Assembly (NCBI GenBank): GCA_977017645.1
Contig: OZ360236.1
Location: forward strand, 76,756,001 to 76,820,000
Reading direction: 5' to 3'
From: Torpedo marmorata
Lineage: Eukaryota
Length of the DNA: 64,000 nucleotides
The position numbers and the translations under genes were made by a program. Below, piece by piece: positions 26,276 through 39,962 of this stretch. Position 1 is the first letter of the stretch; every line of letters begins with the position of its first letter. Below the pieces are notes generated by a model. The model searched no databases and was not told the DNA's origin. It saw nothing but the letters and a program-made list of their open reading frames with translations.

Positions 26276-29200
26276 TTCTCTCTGTACCTCCTGAAAGGGT
26301 GGAGCTGACTCGGTCTGCTCTGATCTTTTTGTCAGGCGTCAGCTGTTTGCAGCTGACCTTGTGACTCCCGAGTTTATAAAATGCCAGAAGCTATAGTGGC
26401 TGGAAACCTGAGGTGATGCTGGGGATCCTCAGCAGGGCAGGCAGCATCAGTGGGGAGAGAAACGGAGCTGATGTTTTAGGTTACTCTCACCACAGATGCT
26501 GCCTGACCTAGTGAATATTCTCAACATTGTTTGACTACAAACAAGACAGGCTGAGTTGCAAAGGCAGAGTAAATTCAGGGTATTAATATTCAGGAGTCAC
26601 TGAGGAAACTGCAGATGCTGGAATCTGGAGCAACCAACCACTCAGCACGACGAGCAGCAACAGTGGGAGAAAAGAATTGTCAACATTCCAAGTCTTGGTG
26701 AAGGGTTCTGTCCATTGTTTCTCTCCCACTAATGCTGCTCGATCCGCAGAGTTCCTCCAGCAGATCGTTTCTCATTGCCATTCTGGTTTTACTAAGCATG
26801 TGGCATTATACTCTTGGTGCTTTAAGTCCGGTTACTTTGGACTGGAGTAAGTTGAGAAGGATCCGTGCCTTAAAATGTGCCCAAAGCTGGTCCACTTTCC
26901 TGGAGATTCAGAAGCACATGAGATTTGGAATTCAGTGTCTCACGTGAACCCTAGACCCTCGTTGTAGACAAGTGCCAGGCAGTGGTTACTTGCTGTCTGA
27001 ACGGCCTGAGCTGTAAACTTGCATTCATCTGGCCTCTTTTGCCAATGGACTCTCAGCCGACATGTAACTTTGGTCTTTGTTCCTTTATCCTCTTCTCCTG
27101 TCTGCCAGTCTGATTTTTTTTTTCCCCCCCTGCAGGAACAATGCGTTGTGAAATAGTTATTGCACAGAAGACCACTTTGAGGTGATGTTACCTCTCAGAA
27201 AGACCCAACCAGCCAGCCCCATTCCCCAGCTCTCATCCTATCACTGCAATTTTTGAAATTTCCCTGCACTCTCTACCCACTTCTACCACCACTGCTCTTC
27301 CAAGGAGTGAGTTCAGAGGTCATGACACTTTGTCACCTCCAGCCCCTTTGCCACTTGCTTTAAACCTGTCTTTGACCATTCCAGCAATGGGGACGTTTAT
27401 TTTGAGCATCTTTCAAGTTGCCTTTTTCTCTGCTGTGGAGAGAACTGTCCCAGCTGCTCCGTTTTATCCACAAAATTGAAATCCCCCAATCCCTTGGACC
27501 ATTCTACAAAATCTTTTGCATCTTTTCCTCTAATGCAGTGCTCTAGTTATTGCCTAAACAGTTTTACAAACCATCACTGTAATCAATAGACAATAGGAGC
27601 TGGAGTAGGCCCTTCGGCCTGTCGAGCCAGCACCGCCATTTTACAGATCATGGCTGATCACTACTATCAGTACCCCATACCAGCCTTATCCCCATAACCC
27701 TTAATCTCCTCTCTTTTGCCTCCATTTTAAAAAAAACGCCCAGGGATATCTTGTGCAGTTTTAATCACTTTTGGTTTTGCGCACAGGCTTCGTTCTCCCT
27801 GTGCACACTTTATAATCGGACTATTTCATATATTGTCCTCGACTTTCCTACCAACATGTGTCACCTTTGCGCTTCTCTGCATCCAGTTCCAGCTGTCATG
27901 TGTTCGTTCAGAGTTTTTCTTGCAGTTCAAGACTGCGACAAGACACGCACTGCCAGAGAAACTCTTTTTAAAGCATGGGTTGCGGTGAACGGTTTTTAAT
28001 TTGCAAATTCCCTTAGTATGTGCTTATTTGGATAATGGAAATGAGTCTTGTAGTCTCTGTGGACTGAAGCTGTGCAGGACATTGGGTTATGTTAGGAATG
28101 AGATTTATGATGAAAAGATCTGTGCTGATTTGAAAAGTATTAAACACATTGTGTGGCTTTATGTAGTTCTGTGAAATATGTTTTAAACTTAAGTGAAGAA
28201 TGCAGCCATTTCTTCTCTGTCCGGACAGTCTTTTTGCACTGGCAACTGCCCCTGCAGTGTGAAGGGCAAGTCTTGTTCAAGGCTCCTTGCTTCCCTTTTC
28301 TGCTTACTGGTCATTAAACTCTTCCAGATAAGCACTTTCCAGTCTGCATTATGCAACTCCCAAGGATAACCTTCAGGTCCCAAATAATTTGCACACTGCT
28401 GCAAAGAGGAAGGCTGGGTGCTTTTTTTTTTTGTGTGCATGGTTCTTGTGTAGACAGTTTGTAAATCCTTCAAATGAAGTTTGAGGGTAAATGGTGTGAG
28501 ATCATTTGCACTGGTTTATGAATCTATCACAAGAGACATAAATTTCTGATTAGTGCAGCGGAAACTGGAATAGTATTTACAGTAATGAGGATTTGGAATC
28601 AAATAAGCGTGATACTTTAAGAGGAAACTGGGTAAATGGTGTTTTTAAAAAAAAAAAAAAAAAAACAGTGCTGAAGAATCTTTGAAGAGAGCATGCAATG
28701 AGAGAGGAATACCTGTGTATTCATGGGCAACAGGCAGATCTGCTGCCTCCCTTTAGGGAAAATATCAATGCTCATTTACCCATGATGGTGAAGACATGCG
28801 CGCACACCCCCACTACCCCACAATAGCTGGTGACAGCATTATTTCTCTGTCAGCTCAGCAGGTTCCAAGCCATTTGCAATTGGGCAGTGAGGGAAGAGAG
28901 AGAGATCAAATGCTCTGCCACCTTTTAAATAAAGTAGCATTGCTGCGGTGACCAAACAGCTCCGCAGCATGCCCACTGCCCTCAACATGAAGGAGAAGCT
29001 GTCCATGCCAATGTGCTTCAGGGTTAGAGCCTCTTTGAGGAATAGTCTTCAGCTCTGGACAGCAGCAGGGGGGCAGTTATTGAGCCAGCTGTGTTTTCAT
29101 AAGTTGGATAAGCATCTGTGTCACTTTCTGGTGGCTTCTGATTTTAATGTTATTTCAGCTGGATTTTATAAATCGGCTTTTAAAATCCAAGAGGTTTTTT

Positions 29201-30608
29201 ATGTCGTCCCAACCCTTTAGGCCATTAAAACTTACTATCCACAAGCAACCCATTCAGTCCTTGAATGCAGGCTGGCCAAAAGCAAGCCAGCCTGCCTCAT
29301 CTTTAGTTCTCTGCTGTTGCCCGTTTGCAATGACATATTAAGGCACATCCAGGTTTTTCATAAATGGGAGTGGGATGAGGGTGTTTCATTTTAAGGCAAT
29401 GATTTCCACAATCTTGCTGCCCTCTGGAAAGAATTCTCACCGCCAGAAAAGGAACACAGGCAGCCAGGCATCTGCGCACAACCTTCCTTGCCAACTGAAA
29501 ACCTGTCTTGTCTTCTCATTTTCCCCTGTCCTTGTGAAATGCCAACTCTTGGTTCCCACTCCACAAACTCTGACCTGCATTTGCCAGCATTTTCTGGGTG
29601 ACTTCTTGTGATTTGTCTCTTTTGTAGGAATCTCTTTTAAGTAGAGCAACTAGTGGCATGATTCTATAACTATTGCCAATTTAATTAACTCTCCCAGGTT
29701 TCAGTAGAAATTAGCCACATGATCACTTTCTCTTTCTATCCTGATTCTATTGTCAATTGACCTTTACAATTCCAACATAAAGATTCAATAGCAAGGAACA
29801 CTCTCTCCACATTATATTCTACAGGGATTTTTAATCATCACTTTAAAACCACCAAGTGCCTATTTTTTTTTTTAACGATTTAACATCACAAGGCTTGCCA
29901 CTTTCCCAGTGCTGCCTTCATGGCAAAACAAGGTGAGTATGACTAATGTTCCAACGTAGGAACAGATGGAGTAAAACATCATTGAATTGGAAAGCAGAAA
30001 ATTCAGCAGTAACATACCCAGCATGAGTTGACGAGCTCCGTCCGGGCTGCCAAAATGCCTGAAGTAATGTTGTACATTTCTGTTTCCCTGCAGTACTCCC
30101 AACAACCTCTCATCAATTTTGTGTCCCTTCGAAATCAGATCTAGCATTTATTAAACAAAACAATGACCATTGCTCAAAGAAATATTTTGTGCCGTTTTTA
30201 TTTCTCTATAGAATGCGTGCTCACTGAGAATTTCAAAGGTGGTGATCCATCCAAGGCTCACTAATGAGGTTAAGGAAAGTATTCGATTTAAAGTAGGGAT
30301 GTAATGTTTTCAAGAACAGTGTGCTTGAATTGTAGGATTGTTTTAAGAACCAGGAGCAGTGAAACAAAATATTGATGGAGGGAGATGATGGAAAGCTAGA
30401 ACATTGAGCATTACAGCACAATATAAGACCTTCAGCCCTTGATGCTGCGGTGACCTATGTAAACTTACTCACAACAATCTATCTCGCACCCATAACCCTC
30501 TATTTTTCTTACATCCATAGACCTATCCAAGAGTCTTTTCAATGTCCTTATTGTACCAGCCTCCTCCATCACACCAGGCAATACATTCCAGGCACCCACC
30601 ATGCTGTT

Positions 30609-30651
<43 letters not shown>

Positions 30652-32607
30652 TGCCTCTGACATCTCCCCTAAACTTTCCTCCACTAACCTAAACAGATGT
30701 TCTCTGGTATTTGCTGTTGTTGCCCCAGGAAATGGTGCTGACTGTCCACCCTATCTAAGCCCCACATCCTTTGTTGTTTCAAAGAGAAAAGCCTTGCAAT
30801 GAAGAATATTGAATGAAGAATTGAAAATAAAAAGTCATGTTGCTGCACCTTTCCTTAACAGGTGCAAGCCCCATTTAGTTCTAGATGAGGGTGTAGTGGG
30901 GGGTTCTAGCAGCCGAGTTACTGGATTGTCAACCCAGAGACCTGGACCTATCCAGGTACCAGAGTTTAAATCCCACAGTGGCAGCTGTGAAATTGGTGGG
31001 GGGGGGGGTAGAGAGCCAATCGTAATGTAATGTTGACTGCAAGATCGCTGGATTGTGGTTAAAGGGCCATCTAGCTCGTTAAATGTCTCATCGGTTTGTC
31101 GCCACGGTTGACTGAGACGTGCAACTCTGAGGAGAAGTGGGATGTGGTTATGTAAAAGGCAAATGCATCAGAAATTGTGCAGGATCAAGAATCAAGTGAG
31201 TGATGTTGCTGAAGAGGAGTTAAGGGAGCTTGTACTCGAGAGGAAGAGGGGTGAGCAGAGGTGTGGGAGTTCATTTCCCCCCCCCCATGAAGGTGGTCAT
31301 GGTAAGGGCAGGCATTTAACTGGCAGAAACCATGGTGCCAGGACTGAGGACTTCTGTGAACAGAGAGATATTGGGGGTGGGGGGAGGAAGAAAGTGGGAA
31401 GAGATTTAACAGCAACCTGAGTGATGACTTTGTTTTACACAGAGGGTGGTGGGTGTATGGAATGGGCTGCCGGAGTAGATGGTTAAGGCAGGTAGTATTG
31501 CAATGTTTAAGAAGAAAATTGGACAGATGTATGGATAGGATGGGGTTAGAGGGATAAGGGCTAAATGCAGGCAGGTGGGACTCGTGTGGGTGGGAATTTT
31601 AGTTGGCGTGGGCAAGTTGGGCCAAAGATCCTGTTTCTGTGCCGTATGACTGACTCTATCTTGTGGGGGGAGGGGTGGATTGAAGGGGATGGAAAGGTGT
31701 CTCCCCGTGCTTGAGGTTAACTTCTGCTGTAAGTCACCTTGGAATGTTTTGCAAGGTTAAACACACCATTTAAATGAATGCTGCAATTCCCAATCCTACA
31801 GCTGGATTGTTTCCAATCAGAAGCCGTGAGCGTTGAGGTTCACATCTAACTGGCAAGTGTAGGTTTATGCATGCGTACAAAGTGGATGTCTGGTTTGTGC
31901 CCTTGCACAGAATTGTGCTGTCTGGCATTTTGTACAATACCCGTAGCACCCTTATTGAGTTGATTTATTTACTGGTTTTACATTCTTCTCCCTGAGGAAA
32001 GATGAAAAAGTAGCAGCCAAATTTGTCCTGACACCGGCAGCTCCCTCTGAGCCAGACTACAGGATGAACACAGTGATTCTTTTTACAAAAAGCACCTTTC
32101 AAGTTCCTGCAGCTGAAACAGCAAAAATGCAGCTCTTGCATGTCATGAGCAGACTGCAGTCTCTGCTTGCTCCTGTACTTTATCTGTCCTTTGTTACGGC
32201 TGTCTAGACATGATGCACGGTCTCCCCCCTCTGCTGTAGATTACTCTGAAAAGGAAGCCTTGTCGATTGCACTCGTTAAGTGATTCTGTCACTCATTCTC
32301 CCACTTCACCTTGCATGTGTCTGCTTGCCCCTGTATTCCCTCTCTCACCACCCCCCCCCCCATCTCCTCTAATGCCATTCAGAATTGGCAATCAGAATTT
32401 TGTAAAAGGGGCATTTTGATGCAGCCATCCAAAAGGGGAAACAAAATGAACCTCTGACTATTGAGTTTGGAAGGACAAGTCTGTGTTTAGTTCCCCATCA
32501 GGTGGGCTAAAGGTCACCTTGTGGGAAACAAAGGAAGAGGTCTACGAGTCACAGAGGCGTACAGCACAGAAACTGGCTCTTTGGCCCATCGTGGCCATGC
32601 TACCCAT

Positions 32608-32870
32608 GGGCAGCACGGTTGGCGTAGCGGTTATCTCAACGCCTTTACAGCGCCAGCGATCCGGACCGGGGTTCGAATCCCACGCTGTCTGTAAGGAGTT
32701 TGTACGTTCTCTCCGTGTCTGCGTGGGTTCTCTCTGGAAGCTCTGGTTTCCTCCCACCATTCAAAACGTACCGAGGGTGTAGGTTAATGGGGTGTAAATT
32801 GGGCTGCACGGACTCGTGGGCCGAAATGGCCTGTTACTGTGCTGTATGTCTAAATTTTAAAAAGTTAAAA
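32608..32870 (+). mobile_element. tRNA-derived V-SINE (HE1-like)
   Basis: A box tggcgtagcgg, B box ggttcgaatcc, V-domain ggagtttgtacgttctctccgtgtctgcgtgggtt...ggtttcctccca, and a CR1-like tail ggccgaaatggcctgttactgtgctgta. Confidence 0.85.
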
Positions 32871-32949
32871 TTCATTCTAATCCTATTACCTGGTAATCAG
32901 ATTTGTGACCTTATTCAAGTAATGAGAGTTTGTTAACAAATTTAAAAGT

Positions 32950-33131
32950 ATAATTTTTTTTTTAATTTAGACATACAGCACTGTAACAGGCCAATTCGGC
33001 CCTACGAGTCCGTGCCGCCCAATTTACACCCCATTAACCTACATCCCGGTACGTTTTTGAAGGGTGGGAGGAAACCGGAACCCCCGGAGAAAACCCACGT
33101 AGACACGGGGAGAAGGTACAAACTCCTTACA
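32950..33131 (-). mobile_element. HE1-like V-SINE, 5'-truncated, inverted relative to 32608-32870
   Basis: Reverse complement of the V-domain and tail of the adjacent copy. Confidence 0.85.
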
Positions 33132-33849
33132 TAATGTACTGATTCACTGAAATTCTACTTGCTGCAGCCACACAGGTGGGTGAGATGCATTACATTACCA
33201 CAGTTTGCCAAGGCAGAAAAAGGGATTTATAGTTAGTGCAAGAGGGGAATAAAGGTGTGCTGAGAAGGGCACTGGGAAAGTTTCATTTTGGTCATCTTTT
33301 GAATGACAGCAGCCAGTTCTTTGACATCCGTCCATCTGTGAGGACAAAGGGACAATGGATAATGCCTCATCTGAAACGTGACATTTCTAACAATGGAGCT
33401 CTCCCCAAGAATATCAGGGTAGGCGATGCTGCAGCCCTGCGTGCGGTAGAACATTCCATTGCACAATGCGGTGTTGAATGTGCTTTGTATTGTACTTTTG
33501 GTTGTGAACTTGAATTGGTGGCAACGGTCCTTCAGTACCTGACCACTCATAACCCTTGCAACTATGAAAGTCTCTGGTGTGATCTTAAACCTCGAGGTTC
33601 AATGTCTGCTGACCTAGCAAGGTCTTGCCATTCCCACAGCATTGGACGGGTTGACTGCCCTGCCAACACAGTCTGGCGTCAAAGTTTAGGTCAGGGAGGT
33701 CAGTGGCTGCAGTGGACCTTGCCCAAGAACAAGTCCTAGGGATCGGGGGGGGAAACAATGCAACACTGAAAATTAGTCCAGCTTGTCTGATTCTTTTAAA
33801 CGATACACTCTTTTAAAATGAGTTTAGTAGCTTGCAAATCCTGAGGGAA

Positions 33850-36270
33850 GGAACACCGGACATGAGAAAATAGGAGGGAGTAGAGAGTGTGTCTGAGGTG
33901 TGATGGGTACCTCAGTATGTTGGCTTCCATTCCTGGGCAGCGGGACATGTAGATGGAGTCCATGGAGGGGAGGGAAGTTTGGTTTATGCTCTGAACTGCA
34001 TTCACTAACTGCTGTCGATCCTGATCTTGAGCCAAGTAGCTCCCATACCACACTGTGATGCATTCAGCAAGTCTGCTTCTTTTTTTAAAAAATATTTAAT
34101 TTTTCATTTTCAGAAATTTTCACAAAACATTAATAAACAATCATGAAATATACACAAATTTCAAATGTGTCACGTACAGAATACATTACACCCCTTAACC
34201 CTCCCTTCCCCACCCAAAAAAAAAGAATAAAACCAAGACAAAAGAAAAGAACTAAACGTACCGTCAGCGCTTACAACTTTTGTTCAAGTATTTGGGGATG
34301 TCACACCCTTAAAATAATTATACCTTACAGTATACCATACCTCAGGGGTTTGATTACAACTGAGCACCAATGTGCTCCAAGTACGGTTGCCACACTTTAA
34401 CAAAGTTATCATATTTATTTCTAAGACTATATGTAATTTTTTCCATGGGGATATAGATGTACATTTCCGTAGACCATCGAGTGATGAGAAAGGGGGAGTC
34501 GGACTTCCAAGTAACTGCAATGCATTTTTTTGCTACGGACAGAGCAACTTTTACAAATTGAATTTGGAATTTAGATAATCTGTTGCTTATGTCCATGAGG
34601 TTTCCTAAAAGATACAACTCCGGGTCTAGTGGGAAGGCTACTACCGTAATCCTAGTTAGTGCGTTAGCTAAATCATGCCAAAAGGGCCTTACCTTTGCAC
34701 ATGACCAGGTGGAGTGTAAAAAGGATCCAATTTCTATCCCACACCTGAAACACATTTCTGATTTTGACTTGTGTCGTTTTTGTGGTGTGAGATACAATTC
34801 GTGTAGGAAATTATATTGAACCAGCCTATATCTGGCATTAATGACTGCTGTCATGCTATCTAAACACCAGTCTGACCAGCATCGTTCGTGAATTGTTATG
34901 CCCAAGACCGACTCCCACCTCTCTCTCGATCTTTGTAGGCCCGGCTTAGGGCTTTCGCTTTGGAGTACAAAATACATTCTAGATATGAATTTAGGTGCAT
35001 TTCCCAATCGAAGCAACTTTTCCATTTCATTACACCTAGGTGGGATCATTGTAGGACCCCATCTATCCCTCAAGAAGGACATTAGTTGAAGAAAACAGTA
35101 GAAGGTTCCATTAGACAAATCATATTTATTCTTCAATTGCTCAAAAGACATAAGTTGTCCTTTCTCGTAACAGTCTTCAATATATCGGAGTCCCTTCTGG
35201 TGCCAAATGTTTAAGATTATGTTACCCAAAGCCATGGGTATAGTTTCATTTTGGATCAAAGGTGCCTTTGGTGATATTTCCACCTTTCCTCCAGTACATT
35301 CATTGATTTCCTGCCAAATCTTAATCATGTGTTTTAGAATGGGGTTGTCTGTTCTTCCAGATATTAATTTGGTGTTCCATTTGTAAATAAATTCCTTCGC
35401 TATTTTCTCTCCTATGGTGTGTAGCCCAATTTGGACCCACGAGGGGGGATCGTCCTCCTCGAAAAAGGATGAAAGAAACCTCGATTGGGCTGCTAAATAA
35501 TATTTCTTAAAATCTGGTAATCACAAACCCTCCAAATTGTAATCCCATGTCAGCTTCTCCATGGAAACTCTGGAGACCTTACCGCTCCAGATAAATTGCC
35601 TTGCGTATCCGTTAAGTGTTTTTAAAAAAGACCCGTGGCAATGGGATTGGTAAGGACTGAAAGAGGTATTGCAGTCTCGGCATCACCTTCATTTTAATGC
35701 AGTTCACCCTGCCCATTAGAGTAATGGGCAGGTCCCTCCACCTAAGTAAATCGTCTTCAATCTTTCCAAGCATAGGGATGTAGTTAAGTCCATACAAATT
35801 CTGCAAATTATTATCAATCATTATTCCTAAATATTTAATGCCGTTTGGTTGCCATTTAAAACGACTCTTTTGTTGATATTCCCCGTAATCAAATTTTGGC
35901 ATGATCTCACTTTTGCAAATCTGCTTTTGGTGGTACATCTGTAGAAGTTGTTAAAGGACAAGGGGCCGTGCTGAATTTTCTTAGTAGATATAGCATGGTA
36001 GAAGGTGCACTTTCTTGACCATCGGGTCAATGTACTTGTCCCAGGTCAGGTCAATGGAGATATTTATTCCTTGAAGCTCCTGATTATTTTGACTTCATGC
36101 CATTAATGTGGACAGGGGTATGGACTCTGCCTCCTCTCCTAAAGTCAATGATCATCTCCTTCATCTTATTGATGTTGAGAGAGTGAGAGAGAGGTTGTTG
36201 TCCTAGCACCATGCCACTAGACTTTCAATCTCTTTCCTGTATTCTGTCTCATTGTTATTTGATATCCATT
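33850..36270 (-). mobile_element. Old Rex/Babar fragment split by the L1 at 34081-35914
   Basis: 33850-34080 and 35915-36270 join as continuous degenerate Rex RT sequence (tgatgcattcagcaagtctgcttct / ggtacatctgtagaag). Confidence 0.65.
34081..35914 (-). mobile_element. L1-clade LINE, 5'-truncated ORF2 C-terminal part + 3' UTR
   Basis: ORFs IKYLGI...LPITLMGRVNCIKMKVMPRLQYLFQSLP and CFRC...HSTWSC zinc knuckle...EKITYSLRNK. T-rich tail at 34081. 14-bp TSD gcaagtctgcttct (34067-34080) / gcaaatctgctttt (35915-35928). Confidence 0.9.
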
Positions 36271-37214
36271 GTGTTAATGTTCCTTTTTTTTTTTAAAAAA
36301 TCTTTACAATTCAAGATACAGATCTGATGTCTGTACAATTGAAAATGCCCCTGCCAAGTTTACTATCTAAAAATGTTCCATTCTGAATAATTTTAAAATA
36401 CTGTAATATGCCCTGATTGGATCTCCCTTGCATTAATCTTGAATCATATTGAATAATATTTAACAAAAATAAGAACAGAAAATGCTGGAAATAAAGCAAG
36501 TCAGGTGCAGGGGAAAATGGTTAACATCTCTGATCGATTATAGCCTATCATCAGTTCAACCTGAAATGTTAATCCTGATCCCTCTCTCAAAAGATGCTGC
36601 TGAACCCACAGTCGGGGTTTGTAGTCATCTGTTTTTATGTTGAATTTCCAGAATCAGCAGTTTTTCTTGATCAGTGGAGGCCCACACCCGATTTACTATG
36701 TTGAATGGATACCACAGCATTAAACGTGTGCACCTCTCACTTTCAGCTGAAATGAGGAAGGTTTACACAGTTGGACCTGATGATGTGAGGGTGGCACATT
36801 TAGCCAAGCAAGTGTAACTGGCCCCATTCCATGGAACTGCCCTTGTGGCAAGAAAACCCCCTCTCCTGACCAAAGCTACCCTGCAAAGTTGTGTGACAGT
36901 CCTGTCATGCTATGAACAGAGTTAATGGGCCAACACTGGGCGTCCATGTGGCTTTGAACCATCAGCAGCAGAGGTGCACTGCTGAAGTCTGCAAGCTCTG
37001 GACCAGGTGTATGTTGTTGAGATGAATGCAGGGCCAGGCATCAACCTGGTTTAGCCCTGTGTTGCAGTTTCCATGAGCTAAGCCTCACAACCTACAGACC
37101 AAATGCCTTCCTTCCATTTCCACTGATGAGAAGCATCTACCACAAAACAGGTGGCCCCAAGCAAACTCCCACCCTCAGCAATGGCAGGGTCCAGCGTGTG
37201 AGTGTTAAAGAAAA

Positions 37215-37860
37215 GAATGAATGATAAGTCATGTTTTTCATCTGATTGTACTACCCGATGAAACAGCGTTCTCCGGTCCTTGGTGCAAAACATGCAGACA
37301 CGCAAGCAGACATAACACACATACAGACAAACAGTACATATGAAGGAGAAGTATTTCATCTATATAAATAAATATTGTTTCATGAATATGAGAGTCTCAG
37401 ATGGTTAATGTGAGCAGTTCCTGTAGTCATTCAGCATTCTCACTACCCCTGGGAAGAAGCTGTTCCTCAGCCTGGTGGTGCTGGATCTGATACTCCTGTA
37501 TCTCTTCCTCAATGGGAGCAGCTGAAAGATGCTGTGTGCAGGGTGGGAGGGGTCCTCAATGATTTTGCACGCCCTCTTCAGATAACGATCCCAGTAGATC
37601 ATGTCGATGGGGGGGTGGGGAGACTCTGATCCTCTCTGCCACTCTTATGGTCCTGTGGATTGACCTCTGATCCATTTCTCTGCAGCAACCGTACCACACC
37701 GTGATGCAGCTGGCCAGGACGCTCTCAATAGAGCTCCTATAGAAGGTTGACATAATGGTGGCCGGTAGCCTTGCCCGCTTCAGTCTTCTCAGGAAGTGCA
37801 GTCGCTGCTGCGCCTTCCTGACAAGTGAGGAGATGTTGAGTGTCCTCTATGTCACTAGTT
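37215..37860 (-). mobile_element. Rex/Babar LINE 3' fragment
   Basis: Minus ORFs FYRSSIESVLASCITVWYG and EDPSHPAHSIFQLLP...RLRNSFFP. Confidence 0.85.
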
Positions 37861-38585
37861 AAGTGAACTCCAAGAAACTAGTTGGTCATGCATATCAACA
37901 CAATGTACAGGTGCACTGAAATTCCTAAACCTGTTACCGCCAAACAAGAGCACAAGATGCACATTAAATTACCCCAGTATGGAAAGAGATAATAAATATA
38001 AAGGACAGCTAAATATTCACAGTTACAGTGGAAGAAAAGATAATTGTCATTTCAATAGTGCAGATAGTTTTTAAGTGCTTGTATCAATGTTCAGCCAGAA
38101 GTGTTGAATAGATAATTCTCTCTGGCTTCTTCCTGAGATTTCCTACCCCACCCACCATTACAAGCCGGGCTCCAGCTGCCTTGATTCTCTCCACATGGTC
38201 TCGAGCAACTGCTGAGAGTATTGGACACAGCAAAGACCAGCCAACCTTTGTAAAGGCCTTCATTCCAGAGCTCGCTGCACTCCTGCCTAAGGACCTTCAG
38301 TTCACTGCCAGTGTCGAAGTTTGGCATGGCATGTTCATGAGCAGAATGGATCTGATCTGGCTACTCCCTGTCCATTCAACCCATCCATGGTTGCCATCAA
38401 CCAGCTCTTGCCAATAACTTGCTCACCAATGCTGTTTGAGTTTCGCCAATATCATGCTGCCTCAGAGCTCGCTCATTCCAGCCATGGCCCAAATTTGAAT
38501 GAAAGAGCTGAATTAGTGAGGGTACTGCCCTTTCCATCAGGGCAGCATCTGACTTTGTGGCATCAAGGAGCCCTGGTGTGCCCTT

Positions 38586-38820
38586 GGGGCAGCATAGTTA
38601 GCGCAACACTGTTACAGTACCAGCAACCGGGGTTTGAATCCGGCGCTGTCTGTAAGGAGTTTGTACATTCTCCCAGTGCCTGCGTGGGTTTCGTCCGGGT
38701 GCTCCGGTTTCCTCCCACCCTTCAAAACATATGGGGTTGTAGGTAAATTGGGTGGCACTAGCTCGAGGGCCAAAAGTGCCTGTTATCGTGCTATATGTCT
38801 AAATTAAAAATTTAAATATA
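38586..38820 (+). mobile_element. HE1-like V-SINE
   Basis: Same head, V-domain and tail as 32608-32870. Confidence 0.85.
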
Positions 38821-39324
38821 AATTCAAATTTTAATTGGTTAATGGGGAGCAAGGGGAAAGCACTGGCAATTGGAGCCATGCCTTGTACAACAGGAGAAGG
38901 TTATGGGTGTTGAGGTTGATCATTCCAGCCCCGGGGTGTTATCACAGGAGTTCCTCAGATCCTACATCCATTCATCTACAACAGCTTCAGCCATCGTATA
39001 GGCGGAAGTGGGGATATTACTGATGATCGCTCAATGTTCAATTCCATTTGCAACTCTTCAGAAAATGAAAGTGCCCGTGCTCGCCCACAGCAAGACCTGG
39101 CCAGGTGTTATACATAGGCTGACAAGTGAAGCCAGGTGCTGATGATCTCCAATGAAAGAGTTAAACCTCCTACCCTTGGCAACGGAAATACTCTTGAATA
39201 CAAATCCTGGAGGTCACCATTGACCAAAACCTTAACTCCACTACTTGCACAAACATTTTAGCTACAAGAGCAGGTCAGGGGTTGGGAATTCTCTGACCTC
39301 ATTCACCTCCTGACACTCCAGGCA

Positions 39325-39962
39325 TTGCGGGAGCATCACCGCCCCCACCCACCAATTTTCCTCCATCATTGGTGGGTGGACATCCTGGAACGTCGGAGGT
39401 TCGTCGTCTACTCCGCAGGCTTAAATTACTTGGCTTACTCGGATTTTAAAGAGGAAAACGGACATAGGTCTTGGAGGTGAGGGGGGGGGGCTAGCTATAG
39501 ATTTACAGCCATATATTGTAAATATGGATTCCAAATATTTAAAAATATATCAGTTATATCTCACACCGCAAAAATTGAATAAATTTAAATCGGAAATATC
39601 AGATAAATGTTTTAGATGCGGCAAAGAAATAGGAACCTTTTTACATTCAACCTGGTCATGCCCCAAGGTAAGATCTTTCTGGATGGACTTAGGGGAATTT
39701 TTAGAGCAAATTACAGAAATTCAGTTCCCACAATGTCCAGAATTGTTTTTATTGGGCAATATCTCCGGCGTAAGACCTAAGATGAGGCTGTCAAAATTTC
39801 AAATAAAATTTGTAGAGATTGCATTGGCGGTGGCCAGGAAATGTATAGCGGTCACATGGAAGTCTGATTCCCATCTAGGTATGACAAGATGGAATGAGGA
39901 AATATATAGTTGTGTTCCCCTTGAGAAGATTACCTATAATCTTAGAAATAAATATGATATAG
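39325..39962. mobile_element. L1 3' fragment with 5' inversion
   Basis: Plus strand ~39546-39962 encodes YQLYLTPQKL...CFRC...EKITYNLRNKYDI. The continuation DIFLNIWNPYLQYMAVNL* runs on the minus strand leftwards from ~39551. Confidence 0.75.
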
